From a virus: a stretch of 64,000 bases of DNA. The DNA is taken from the IMG/VR virus record IMGVR_UViG_3300020421_000003; one strand, given 5' to 3'. The stretch's first letter is position 1; each line of letters begins with the position of its first letter. This document shows positions 15,001 to 21,247 of this stretch, piece by piece. Under the pieces are notes generated by a model. That model was not told the DNA's origin and made no database searches. It was given only the letters and a program-made list of their open reading frames with translations. The position numbers and the translations under genes are program-made.

Positions 15001-17487
15001 AACGGTAATAATCTGACCAGTTGTATTCAACGGCTCAACTAGAGTCGTCTTATAAGGAATGATGAAATCGCCATTGAGGGTCTCCTCAGAGATTGCCAAT
15101 TCGTAGATAGTGTCCTTACCTTCAATAATGGTAATGACGTTTTCAATCAGAGCATTTGCTGCCCTGACACTAAGGTCAACAGGATCAGCATACTGAATAA
15201 GTTGTGAGTCAATCAGATTAGCAGGGTCACCTGAGATCAACTCAGCACGCAGCACCGTATCAACAACCCAGGTTGCAGCAGATGGTGAGATGATTTCTTC
15301 ACGGGGATAGTAGATATCCACCTGCTCACCAAACATGATCTTAAACAGATACTGTGTAGCAAGCTCAGTACCTTTACTGATGTAAAAGTCACTAATACTC
15401 TTAATTACCTGGACTGGATTGATTACAGAATAATCAATCTTAATATTGGGCAGATATTGTCTTCTAAATTTGTCAAAGACTTCTTTGATAAACAAAGAGT
15501 CTAGGTTAATGACCGTAGATGCTGCAGGGTGAGTAGACTGACGCAGTGCTGCTTCACCTGCATAGATTTCATTATGAAGGTTGTCATATCCAACAGCACC
15601 AGATACACCACGACTACATCCTAAGAATGCAGAAGGTGAATATCCACTACCTCTTTCAATGATCTCATAACCAGTCAGCTCGTTGAAACCAACAGCAACA
15701 GATGCTCTTGCTGCTTGAGGCTCAGCAATGAAAATCTTAGGAGGCTCTGTCTCAGAATATCCAGTACCGAAGTTGGTAATGTTGATATCGGTGATTTCGC
15801 CGTTAAAGATAGTTGCAGCAGCAGTTGCACCTGTGCCACCAATGGGATCACCGTAAGGATCCTTTCTATCATCAACAATGTATACAGAAGGAGCATCGGT
15901 ATAACCTCTGCCACCTGTCAACATTTGAATGTTGGTAACGTTACCAGATGCGACAGTAACGTCAAGCACCTGAGCACCAATAGGTTGAATAATCCTTGCT
16001 CTAGGTGGGGTTACATACCCTCTACCTCTATTTGTAATAACGATCTCGTAGACTTGACCGTCTTGGTTGATTCTGGAAATTGCCTGAGCATTAATACCAC
16101 CCTCAGGTGCTGGATCCAGATATACAATAGGAGGATTACTATAGTTCAGTCCAAATTCTTCGACAGCAATACTGTCAATGTTTACACGACCTTCACTATC
16201 AATTGTAGGTTGACCAATTTTACAACCACCAGGATTAACAAACGAAATAGCAGGGATAAAGTCATATCCACTACCAGAATTCATAATAGTCAGACTATCG
16301 ACCTGACCTGTTGTATCATCTACAGTCAGAGCGACTTTTGCCAGTGTGCCACCCGTAGGAGCGCCTACAAGGGCAAGAGGAGGGTTATATGATGTGTAAC
16401 CCTGTCCACCATCAATTAGGTTGATATCCTTGATACCACTAACCAAAGTTTTGGCAGTTGCACCTACACCTTCACTGTGCTGGACTGTAACCTTAGGTGC
16501 AAAGTCTAGTCGGTATCCACTACCACCAGTTTTAGGAATCAGGCGGTCAACTTGACCATTATCGTCAACAGAGACAACTGCAGATGCTCCAGATCCAAAA
16601 GAAGGAGCAATATACTCAACAGAGCGAATATGGATATCATCAGCAGCACCCAATGGGAATCTGAAGATAATTTCACTTCCATATACGGTATAGTCGGTAT
16701 ATGCCTCAAGTTGGCGATTGTTTTTCTTGACAATCAGACCAATTGCTGAAGTTGGGGTATATGGTTGTGTATTTACTCTGAGAGGATATTCTTTCTTACC
16801 TTGATACTCTTCAAAGGGAATTGCATCAGTTGTGACGATCGTTTGATCGGCATACCCAACCAAATAGACAATTTCAGTGAATGCAGAGTCGTCAGCACCA
16901 GATCTTTCACGGGGAGCAACAGCAAAGCGAATTTCATCGCCTTCCAGAAAATAGTCAGTCCCAGGGACCAACATATCATTATATGTGATAACAATTAGGT
17001 GATCTGCAGAAGGGGGATTTACAGGAGTGCCTAAAAAGTTAAGAGGGAATTTATTTCTAGTCCCATCAAACAAAGCGAAGGGATTTTCGAGTTGTTGTTT
17101 CTTTTTATCAAACTGACCAGGAGAAACACCTGGAGTAACAATAGCATCAGGTCCACGAGTAACAGTCTCGTAGTAGATTACCTCATTATCGATCTGGATA
17201 GATCCATCGGTCTCTTTGAAACCATCGATGGACTCAATTCTGATAGTTTTATCGTACAGACCAATATCACTCAATAAGAGTGTGTCATTTGACAATTCGT
17301 CTGAGGTATATCCGTCGAGATCCAAATAACCCAGAAGGTTATTCAGGATATCGTAAGGACGACCTGTTTTTTCTTGAGACTTGTAATACTGGAAGAGAAA
17401 GTCAACAAATTGTCGATCTTCCTCCCTAATGAATTCTGGGAGTTGATTTTCAACTCTATCCGAAATGGTGATATTCTTGTGTGGCAT
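1..17487 (-). CDS. gp7: Giant baseplate wedge initiator-like structural protein (gp7-like), >5829 aa, 3' end beyond window
   Basis: ATG at 17487 directly after the gp6 stop reads MPHKNITISDRVENQLPEFIREEDRQFVDFLFQYYKSQEK. Spot translations at ~12000, ~5400, ~2400 and 1-60 are all in the same open frame. Position after gp25-gp6 matches T4-like baseplate gene order. Absent from the ORF track, presumably because no stop lies in the window. I did not check every codon. Confidence 0.85.
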   Translation of the reverse strand, partial: MPHKNITISDRVENQLPEFIREEDRQFVDFLFQYYKSQEKTGRPYDILNNLLGYLDLDGYTSDELSNDTLLLSDIGLYDKTIRIESIDGFKETDGSIQIDNEVIYYETVTRGPDAIVTPGVSPGQFDKKKQQLENPFALFDGTRNKFPLNFLGTPVNPPSADHLIVITYNDMLVPGTDYFLEGDEIRFAVAPRERSGADDSAFTEIVYLVGYADQTIVTTDAIPFEEYQGKKEYPLRVNTQPYTPTSAIGLIVKKNNRQLEAYTDYTVYGSEIIFRFPLGAADDIHIRSVEYIAPSFGSGASAVVSVDDNGQVDRLIPKTGGSGYRLDFAPKVTVQHSEGVGATAKTLVSGIKDINLIDGGQGYTSYNPPLALVGAPTGGTLAKVALTVDDTTGQVDSLTIMNSGSGYDFIPAISFVNPGGCKIGQPTIDSEGRVNIDSIAVEEFGLNYSNPPIVYLDPAPEGGINAQAISRINQDGQVYEIVITNRGRGYVTPPRARIIQPIGAQVLDVTVASGNVTNIQMLTGGRGYTDAPSVYIVDDRKDPYGDPIGGTGATAAATIFNGEITDINITNFGTGYSETEPPKIFIAEPQAARASVAVGFNELTGYEIIERGSGYSPSAFLGCSRGVSGAVGYDNLHNEIYAGEAALRQSTHPAASTVINLDSLFIKEVFDKFRRQYLPNIKIDYSVINPVQVIKSISDFYISKGTELATQYLFKIMFGEQVDIYYPREEIISPSAATWVVDTVLRAELISGDPANLIDSQLIQYADPVDLSVRAANALIENVITIIEGKDTIYELAISEETLNGDFIIPYKTTLVEPLNTTGQIITVDSTIGWPERNGTIRINDREIVQYKEKSLNQFIECTRSQNGVVEDWDPGTIIFSDIFVYVNKDTPTECKLRVLGIAEAGTTILEDTGSYYLQGDKLKVAKLGSSSEDERLSSWLYNVKKLIQVTSITPGGVNNQTATVVCGNPHGLLVSDQVTIYGANPVVFNGTFTVTSRIDAFQFTYQINTPTEIIPEGNILLSVDLNRGKSDVNSINSVVSEFTTNIQNSFFNDEYVYVASSGLPNYKVGPFTGSALIPGNQRKLIRLPRNVQTISERQDIQANTSIGAWVNGVSIWAYKSGDFVRFGPLTGITVTNTGQDYDAGSKPALEIAGGGGTGATGEVVVNGSLTSLDVTAEGSGYIESPLVSIVGGGGIGATAQAIVTGGRVTRILVEQPGSGYTSQPSISITGGGGTGATANANVRGPIQSVSITANGSGYTDLPDIRVNSGEGALAQPIVINGRIVSIAIINSGSGYTTAPTIVINGDGFGAIARAVIGTIGEDKGRVLSVDISNRGIGYTQGLTTVRLESVGDFAEFTPQVFEWNKNLQYDLSTRYDGARGYVFTGLNNQFGGEYAHLSDPKELRYVVGDNVFLNAVTQQFQEVESNYEHSPILGWAYDGNPIYGPYGYIDPTDQNSGIRRLRTSYKLKDNVVYDLATNPNPARIDGPTLSSYPAGSFVADYEYDFQSGDLDNYNGRFCKTPQYPNGTYAYFITIDASEAGVAEFPYILGPQFNSLPDPWNFTQGATQENIPQNVVRYRDPYVNVDIDVDRQPNQEADVLTTEIEGYPLIFEVQDSNNDGIIDANEQQEVLEMSEEATLQIYDYFPQVSEESRVDIEVETTTQFEDAQIDGFVIENPGESYQVNDTIFFDDEGTGGFGASALIESVKGQVIQSYSKEIIGDRPYGVIVTSTDHDLRQQDELILNSSPVIDNTNKNFKVKVVSGIERINVTQVGVGYNEDIPPTFELITSAGQDGQLEIVLQNTGQINSVNIINSGNGYDPEEPPQIRVSHPQQFKKTRYWLTEYMEADGIVQVNDIKVTEQRYTYICGKITETDGDESGFLAKFDDLGQKIWERTLIPTNANQKRAEFLKMVVNSAPENDLIYVTGQTKNPDNDVYNPDIWLGLYESGFNNANDPDGILQWQRAIAGISGSTRRDFVTSIALDQEQRIYLCGYTDTNSVDPDDMWIIQCGIEGDLVEKRKVASQDDSEKMHQIMMVSDDRFFFIGVNDQNDDLIFGEFFYDGANLEMDWIKQIPTVGGRVVNPTMVMDDYGAIIVAWDIFNSAASKYDKIQINKFLLSTAQTEWDWSKTVTTSGDFLEMHHAGISYDQWGNYTLVSDVTEAQNQRYSVITYMKYDGTLLYQTKVDDTASIGFQATTHALDNSGDTILAVNRQQSDQLVSWRMGNDQNPVEDTTKQNLGTYNYFSQSDITHDAAVYKFDGGSLKFNDVAPITIADLGLTPVEWSGRMWMSMNTTAWNTAHEPTLLHFNDATNTNSITATIQGDNTDPDYQKVILYLNGTQVASSVAATNWDAFAAAAWVHVTVQKRQESLGLYRYEVFIGGNQQITYQSTTDVALDDVVICGPSSPPTVANSFRGNIDDFVLDDAAPYPGTSYTVPTSEIAITTSNSDVALIKFDRAHTQRASYTLTGLNKYSDIAFTDHTIGMTWTSVSPGAISTWLEGPGGLQILDMSQTFSTLIPGTYTLSSAYDQYASKTSTIPSPRGKRLIISADVIPKFYMRDALYQKIDNVQEFTFTQPIRLTQYSILQQFNNIGTTTAFATITEVPAGTLQNPGIGTKYRVGKIFGTFNNTDRFRTTTPGGDINQIEGTYFDTIEEESPWAASTAYAQGDRVYNQKRIYEAQGAGTSGTISPQHNTGVVSDGVINWAFIDDAGKFTVDLTEHPFPRPEFTGLDMPEWLPHRLYAVGQRVWYKLNVYQVAVGGGGVTTTTPPTHTTGDVSDGTVTWSFVETNEAISQYTRLMPYDQGNNYSIEILEVQPGSNFIPNDVVSVNTNNITLSEDEKSVEISGFASVKKIRVTARLEKDILLASSVRTDKVYCTSNSPHFYKEDEIIFTEGFSGAQYNGSFFIDDVIGSREFTFGIRDTAVSDPTFVNNGIANVNIYAKHPTLIFTRNHQYNFELSDPSNFGYYLSFSQDNQYKLEYSFNNTVREGTPGIQGAGASTPFVKFLVLGDVTNISYYFDPSRTGDDSPVGENSYIDVITTPYQGRFNISEIVSDTEFKFPLNREPERANAEIGSDDQGNEYSYYSTTSTRAVGPINSIKLVSPGGFYKKLPIISDIASFRQIEKVEIVDGGTEYAPGVYYDVPVNGDGEGGKVTVTVLLDDETGSGAIAEVNVADPGKGYTVATVDIDAITGILGPTLSGSGGAVNVIIPSEGSGASVFLTGRNIGKIKRLKNNEFGFGYSHDYTLKPEITFPVNLQLFNTSILSEIKITDPGAGYTSTPAVVIEGGGGQGADAVAVIKNNRLNEIIIKNPGAGYSSEPIVTLKSEFNYVVNLDLNYLQFNFPHGITTGAEIQFRAEDVGSTEGILPKPSSAGLTSLIAGQIYYAIAGQANSLESDQIRFGLTLQSAQAGDYITFLTQGSGRQVLLTEVFGGKAEAVVETSRFLEGEEVFQGSAVELASATGKVSTNTGWQIGPKILKIVDYDGDWKMGEKVTGSISKASGVIDNMSIARGVLNIGSLTKTPGKFIDNVGKPSEIVQKIQDSFFYQNFSYVVKSEIPITKWKTQILENNHPAGFNMFGQLQIVGGKDVSGRKVGTEFTKEVNINNYSNVNQITSFGAAQPIYTDYNNTEVLFRKKRLTSSEEILTSIVKKLDDISPQFNGIDKQFPLTVEGEQVIVQQNQLLITINGVIQAPGVSYSIVGGQIVFGEAPKPASRVNYRSLEVTPTPIYRIQLYSGQAGPPNFGIFPTIGQQVQGADSDVVATVIDSGTTTIDVINLVGGSFNLNEEITRGTLFSGLVQSVTLLNSETIFQFGESITNLEGDTAIIEETNIDPDGNVTDAIVVSKTSGTAQFETGIFDLRLNEFVYSASSKIAGQITYISPYIDPATQDAVDELIINPGSTFYGLLFERLVSITNPNVIIDNISQSSITPTELYNTANRINADFLDFEEVRNTEVEYTQLSGGTFDEGDIVINNRANYGNPTSVFHGVATNRFKDASAMILGNKDQIVDFAEAEIAVKHPRFYFPGDVITNSWSRYSDAYRLIQKNKSYIANKAYDEMMTQYTSLTVPDPNKCIRDLELYIDAISIDIFRGGNQYTRKLCQKYFDVNGNFVYVNNESAETRYGFEKAKDMMKLAIVNNLTSSFTVPAGQPNDGITYVPWSEIDHGGYDGNGINPDPSPNDPYGTNGANQSNNGTDNCSDVQAAITTLYDVVDETLLNGTLVDLPDESKGTYSPGQIKCRRDIGLMIDALAEDVSQGGNYNIIEFTKKYFDAAGAPIANGLIGEYAESLTAIDKAMHLSFQAINNLLYYQVNSRTSVTGFMLKDPTTYQGSYSGGEDDLQEFDVSSAVYTPSNGQMVLTIGTHSLTTSDTVTIRPHSLKFTCDSDNDASFHDYPRAGDPAFNTPLAISAETGTTITVNVGASPLVQYTPTGGTYDPATGDMTLTIGAHSLELNDYVSIATDSISFTCDSDGNVAAQTYPRASDPAAGRRLFIHGVTATTITVNVGNSPEGQQYAHTWAGASANAVSSGGGYTHTFVKALDNAVFTGGGTTAKYFDPNYYSGRNETIQNCANVQAYIATLVDISTTAIAAQNLNNINALASITDGTFVANENIRTTKIAYKDRAGGLFIVGDTITGVTSGANFEAIGSNSGLKWIFADAVTGSFQDGEYLTNSTTSNQNGVSLSVVQKYKRLSGKKSIKFPSNGYLVTRDSYDFSFGNTADFTVQAWIRADNLLTTQHLFDFRRLSAASGLRITLQTNGAITVYNGTSQLLTGGTLLANNWHHIAVVRTTSVLQLYVDGVQVGGNYADTNDYGYAAIYIGADFNAANQFGGYMDNVVVKNGESDFNTAFVPPTQIDYSNQYVKFGLDGEQPFVIDNQETYAIYTGQRISSAAVKELNYDQNFAIIENVDLGRSDHRNCADIIDLNAAWIAEEAVGRMEAAFPDFVIPGNNVAEGSYGGTNKCIRDTKDYIIGALVKDLRDGGNYNSLYTARTYLEASGKLKHVGNEILQTLYAWDQAFVLCKYVITTTDTDLSGTYTNRLRLPNNFASPASQSIQDEFDQLGREVLEVLAPNPDIFRDSGVLIWKNRDYIAEEVAGYILDKYEIDLNGTVTQFLVMPGYGQPYCERDIKQFILPAVIADLCTGGTYNVEAVVDKYLDDQNNVLHVEHELNPMLDAFHHAKYLTQKAANNLLLSPGEVASDFGIAAWAQDDYHTPLFTARGAYRDDTIIIDDEGYPQDSVSNWNRYKDATNALKANIDLIAHEAVETMNDMSKYALFQIKGGPVNCSDDVKDILNALIHDLNYNCNERTWDAASLYVETENNSLKHIEDDWEATVTVMKLVRDIATITMRNGFGRDYIPGNDPNNVDPGTYEANPKEQIFADCGDAIDANIRWIAEQAVKAGETQYPSLSINGGIYGGQQYTPSDATYIASSGEMVITMAGHGLVTGNRVTVRPDSIGFTCTLDGNNVTNYYPRKGDPAYTTSRLITAHTTDTITINVGASPAGEQYTHTFVNAHEGAVVANGSIDCVHDVTDILRGLVFNLKYGGDNWINWVSEFYTTYGGSLAHVTSLATEVNWILEEAKRLVKRAMRGQIITNIAAYSGGVQTFSEAVPKPTTVLRNSVVDNGIVLAGNYNNTATRIFTNGTNNIASGSASSTGITNDEDMVGSCVTILPAGTPSDGVLWELGGNGAGAFLGIRDSGTYLRLRAGNGANSYAGGASTSADAGLALLDVPVSSLSDYFDGGEHEITWEIRIGGTVGAGSGRVKLWIDGNEIGAANTPGLNTGLYEAGGLLAGSSPGGFATMSSDSTVPQGEPTAAWAYTTGDMSYYRSRLV
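855..5290 (-). repeat. Five copies of a Cys-containing helical protein repeat in the giant ORF
   Basis: KCIRDLELYIDAISIDIFRGGN (~5250), KCRRDIGLMIDALAEDVSQGGN (~4750), KCIRDTKDYIIGALVKDLRDGGN (~2590), NCSDDVKDILNALIHDLNYNCN (~1620), DCVHDVTDILRGLVFNLKYGGDN (~890). Confidence 0.75.
1000..4480 (-). repeat. Three copies of an ~80-aa beta-rich module (Y..P..G.M.LT.G.H.L...FTC..D.....YPR..DPA...TITVNVG) in the giant ORF
   Basis: Copies read at ~4240-4480, ~3980-4220 and ~1000-1240. Confidence 0.75.
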
Positions 17488-17492
17488 CTATC

Positions 17493-19676
17493 TCAGAAAC
17501 AGGAGGTATCTACTGGATATGTGAAACTATCCGTGGGATAATCAATGATATTTATCCCACTTGGGTCACCGTAATTGTAACCGCTAAAGTTGTTTGGATC
17601 GAAGTTGGGGATTGAGATGTCATTGGTCTTCCAATCGATTGGGAAGACGCTAGGATCGAATAATGTGGGATCAACGCCAGGTGGGACTGTGATAGATCCA
17701 CCATATGGCAATACTTGCATCGGCAGACGCTCTGTGTCGTCTGGCGTGCCTCCAATTGCAATGGGTCCTACACAAACCTGACCTTTTTCATAATCAACGC
17801 TACCAACAGCATTATTTAACACAACTTCAACCTCGTCTCTTTTTGTGACAAGGAGAAGATTGCCTTTTCCGTCATCTCTGATGTTAACGGGGACCAAAAC
17901 TTGATTTTCGTCAGCAATAGACTGGGACGATACAACAGGGGCAGTTGAATTAGTGCCAGCGCCTTGCATGGTCAGATTAACAAGATCTTCAGTGAAACCT
18001 GTTGCATAGAATGTGCCAGATTTAACTACGGAGAAGGAAGGATCGCATTTTCCACTGTTTCCACCACCAGCATTGGGATCTTGTTGGCAAGTGCCATCTA
18101 TACAGATCTGACCTTCAGGACAATCTGCATCTGTGGAGCAAGGAGTGCCACTACCGCCACTTGGACTGCCTGAATAGTTGGATGGGTTGTAAAGTGGGTT
18201 TCCAAAGTCAAGACATTGAGTAAATACGTTACCAAACTCAAATTTATCAAGATTTTGACCGATAGTCATCTGAGTGACACTACCAGAAATTGCAGGATCA
18301 CTATTATCAAGCATCGAGTTGTATTTCGACGTATCAACACGACCACCGAAGCGATTGTTTTGACCATTCTTGTTAAATTGGTCAACATTACGCAAAACGT
18401 CACTTGCTAGTTGAGCGCCACTCTTATTAGTGTTATTCCCGTCATAATAAACGTAAGATTTGGGAATAATGTAGTAAGTAGTGGGATCAATGATCACAGG
18501 ATCGATTGATGCAACTGTATAAGGCTTCAGATCATTCTTGATCTTTGCTTTTGTCGTCTCATTCAGTTTGTTACCCGTTTTTGGACGGATAGCAACATAG
18601 ACTTTACCGTAAATGGGTGGAGTAAGTTTCTCACCACCGTATGCGGTCACAGATGCTGCCTGAGGATAGATCTCTGAGACAATATGCTCATAGTCCGTCT
18701 CAGTCACTGCTCTGTTTTGAGTAGCGAAGGATCTAGGTGCCCTAAACTTGATGGATAGCGCACTTTCGCGTGCTTCACCGTCTGCTGCAGCCTCTCTGGT
18801 GACAACTGCGATGTTTGCAGGTGCAATTGCGCGTTGATCACTGTCTCTAATGGTGCCAATGAAGGCAAAGTCCTTACAACCGTTTGCTTCTTCACCAAAA
18901 GTAGTCACATAGGACAGTCTGATGAATTCACCATCGATCAATTTACGCCCAAGGACGCCATCACCAAAGACTAGGCGGTATCTGAGGTCATCAGACTCCT
19001 CAAGGTAGTAAACACGAGAGGTGCTGTTGAGCGTAGTTACGTTTGCAGCGAGGTTGTAGGTGTCAATCTCTTGCGACTGTGCGTTAGGAGAGATATCGAC
19101 GTAAACCAAGGCGGTGTCTACGTTTTCAGTGGGGATAATATAGTCTTGTCTCTTCGTATAGTCAACAGTGTAGTTGAATGTGAGCAAGTTACCCTGATAT
19201 ACCAACACAGGGTCAAACACCGCAATGCCAGTTGAGGCATCTACGGTAGTTTGGAGGTCACGAGTCACACAGAAGGTGTAAGTATCGTTAAAGTTACGGG
19301 CAACAAACACATCTCCTGCAGACAATGTGCAGAATTCTGGAAATGTGGTGCCATTTAGCGACTGTTGCGTCTGCACACGGATAGTTACACACGCTCTAGG
19401 TGCTTTAATTGACCTAGGAGTGTAATTTAACTGCTTTGCAATGCGGACTACGTTGTCTCTTACCGTAGCAGACTCAAGAAATGCTTCATTCAGCGCCATG
19501 TTAGCGTTGAATGCCGTATAATATGTGTTATAAGCGAGGGTATCGATAAGATACGACGCAGCACTACCCTCAAAGTCGTAATCTGTAAACTCGTTACGCG
19601 TTCTGAGGTAGGATTTGATAGACTCTTTAATCTCAAAGAAGTCTAGCGATGTTAGTTGTGATGGGATAGCAGCCAT
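17493..19676 (-). CDS. gp6: Baseplate wedge subunit gp6
   Basis: LDFFEIKESIKSYLR..FTDYDFEGS..LIDTLAYNTYY and RAPRSFATQNRAVTETDYE motifs are typical of T4 gp6; adjacent to gp25. Confidence 0.95.
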   Translation of the reverse strand: MAAIPSQLTSLDFFEIKESIKSYLRTRNEFTDYDFEGSAASYLIDTLAYNTYYTAFNANMALNEAFLESATVRDNVVRIAKQLNYTPRSIKAPRACVTIRVQTQQSLNGTTFPEFCTLSAGDVFVARNFNDTYTFCVTRDLQTTVDASTGIAVFDPVLVYQGNLLTFNYTVDYTKRQDYIIPTENVDTALVYVDISPNAQSQEIDTYNLAANVTTLNSTSRVYYLEESDDLRYRLVFGDGVLGRKLIDGEFIRLSYVTTFGEEANGCKDFAFIGTIRDSDQRAIAPANIAVVTREAAADGEARESALSIKFRAPRSFATQNRAVTETDYEHIVSEIYPQAASVTAYGGEKLTPPIYGKVYVAIRPKTGNKLNETTKAKIKNDLKPYTVASIDPVIIDPTTYYIIPKSYVYYDGNNTNKSGAQLASDVLRNVDQFNKNGQNNRFGGRVDTSKYNSMLDNSDPAISGSVTQMTIGQNLDKFEFGNVFTQCLDFGNPLYNPSNYSGSPSGGSGTPCSTDADCPEGQICIDGTCQQDPNAGGGNSGKCDPSFSVVKSGTFYATGFTEDLVNLTMQGAGTNSTAPVVSSQSIADENQVLVPVNIRDDGKGNLLLVTKRDEVEVVLNNAVGSVDYEKGQVCVGPIAIGGTPDDTERLPMQVLPYGGSITVPPGVDPTLFDPSVFPIDWKTNDISIPNFDPNNFSGYNYGDPSGINIIDYPTDSFTYPVDTSCF

Positions 19677-19677
19677 T

Positions 19678-20091
19678 TCAGGTCTTCTCTAAGAGGAATG
19701 TTACTTCTTGGGTTATGTTTTCTCCAGTGATCTTATATTCAAGCTCAACTTGAATTTCATTCAGATCACTGTTATCTTCAATCCGCACATCTTGTACAGT
19801 AATACGTGGCTCAAGACGACCGAGACAATCACTGATTTCAGTCTTGATAGCATCTGCCGAGAACGGATCCCATGGCTCAAAAAGAAGACCCTTCACCCGA
19901 CTTCCAATGTTCGGCTGAAAAGGTCTTTCACCTAATATAGTTAATAGTAAATTTCTTACAGACTGATTGATTGCTCTCTCATTCTTTACAGCACCAAAGT
20001 CATCAGTAGAAGGATTTGAATTAAAGGAAATTGCTAAGTCCTTAAACCCTCTACTGACGTACTGGTCTGATCTGAATCTGTAAGCAGGCAT
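19678..20091 (-). CDS. gp25: Baseplate wedge subunit gp25
   Basis: AINQSVRNLLLTILGERPFQPNIGS..LLFEP..EPRI is the gp25/GPW family signature. Confidence 0.95.
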   Translation of the reverse strand: MPAYRFRSDQYVSRGFKDLAISFNSNPSTDDFGAVKNERAINQSVRNLLLTILGERPFQPNIGSRVKGLLFEPWDPFSADAIKTEISDCLGRLEPRITVQDVRIEDNSDLNEIQVELEYKITGENITQEVTFLLEKT

Positions 20092-20238
20092 TTAACCCTC
20101 TTTTTTCTTTGGTCTCTCAGGTGGTTGGATGTTACGACTCACCTTATGAAGATATTTATCACTTCGTGGGTCGGTTATTAGACGCATACCCGATTTGATA
20201 AAGTCTTCGCTCTGGTCAGGTACTGGACTGTTAGCCAC
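20092..20238 (-). CDS. Small hypothetical protein (48 aa)
   Basis: GTG start with GGAGGA RBS; reads MANSPVPDQSEDFIKSGMRLITDPRSDKY...; stop abuts the gp25 ATG. Below the ORF track size cutoff. Confidence 0.7.
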   Translation of the reverse strand: MANSPVPDQSEDFIKSGMRLITDPRSDKYLHKVSRNIQPPERPKKKEG

Positions 20239-20271
20239 GATGATTCCTCCACATGGTGATTTTATTTATGG

Positions 20272-20928
20272 TCATTGAGAAGATTCCTCCTCAGGGGTTT
20301 GCCAATGGTAATCATTGGTATCTCCTAACCTGCCCCACTTGATACCATTTTCGACTTGATAGTATTTGGTTGATACTTTGAAGTCTGGTGTCTTGGGCTC
20401 GCTAGGAGTGATCGACAGATCAAAGATTCTGATCCTATTGTTTGGATACAAAGCAAACTGACCATTCTCTAGGAGAATGCAGTTGTGTGATTTGTGCTCC
20501 TGTGGGTTTTCACTGACGTTGGTGTCGATGATGTCAACATCAGCGTGGAAGTTGTCTAGTGTAAAAAGATACTGACCAGCAACATTCCCATGATCACGAG
20601 TGCGACACTCAAAGTCCATGCTGCCAATAAATTGCTTTTGTATGCAGCGCACCCCATAGTCCATACAATTCCAAAATTGTAGGTTAGGCAGATCCATGTC
20701 TACCACTGGAGTTTTAGGATCACTCACAAATGCACTGATAGGCAACTTATCATACATGGCGGCATACTCAGGTAAGTATGTCTCAAAATAAAAAGCACGT
20801 CCAGGAATTGACTTTGCCGATACCCAGACGCCCTCTACAAATTCGCCATGTCCATCAACATGGTCCCTAAGATATTCCTTACGGACCCAAACCTTAGTTG
20901 CTGGTAGGTTGACGATTAATTGACTCAT
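20272..20928 (-). CDS. Conserved hypothetical phage protein
   Basis: 218-aa ORF with globular composition in the gp25 operon. Confidence 0.8.
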   Translation of the reverse strand: MSQLIVNLPATKVWVRKEYLRDHVDGHGEFVEGVWVSAKSIPGRAFYFETYLPEYAAMYDKLPISAFVSDPKTPVVDMDLPNLQFWNCMDYGVRCIQKQFIGSMDFECRTRDHGNVAGQYLFTLDNFHADVDIIDTNVSENPQEHKSHNCILLENGQFALYPNNRIRIFDLSITPSEPKTPDFKVSTKYYQVENGIKWGRLGDTNDYHWQTPEEESSQ

Positions 20929-21082
20929 TTTCTACTTCATAGGTTGGGGGATGAAAATTGCAATACTCGTTGAAGGTAATCTTCATCTCTTTTTCCGTGA
21001 GATTGCAATGCTTGGCTGCTTTAGGAAGATTCCATTTAGCAGACCAAAGCATTTCCATTGCCTCTCGGGTCTCGACTCTCAT
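20894..21082 (-). CDS. Small hypothetical protein, possible helix-turn-helix
   Basis: 62 aa, WNLPKAAKHCNLTEKEMK pattern; ATGA overlap with the upstream gene. Confidence 0.65.
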   Translation of the reverse strand: MRVETREAMEMLWSAKWNLPKAAKHCNLTEKEMKITFNEYCNFHPPTYEVENESINRQPTSN

Positions 21083-21228
21083 CGACCCTGCCCACGGTAA
21101 CGCTTACCTTTGTTGTTACGAGATGTTGCAGAATATTTAGTATTTTTAGAGGTACCCTGTCGAGTCATTTTTGGTTTACCAGGCACCCATCCATCTTTAA
21201 CCAGTCCTGTCGTTGCGCGTGCGGGCAT
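21079..21228 (-). CDS. Small basic protein (49 aa) ending KRYRGQGR
   Basis: Reads MPARATTGLVKDGWVPGKPKMTRQGTSKNTKYSATSRNNKGKRYRGQGR; stop overlaps the next ATG. Not in the ORF track. Confidence 0.75.
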   Translation of the reverse strand: MPARATTGLVKDGWVPGKPKMTRQGTSKNTKYSATSRNNKGKRYRGQGR

Positions 21229-21247
21229 TAGTCCCTTTCAAACTACC

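Noticed and set aside
156-17277. Dozens of short plus- and minus-strand ORFs in the track
   Set aside because: They are antisense or off-frame shadows of the single giant minus-strand ORF and show no protein-like motifs.
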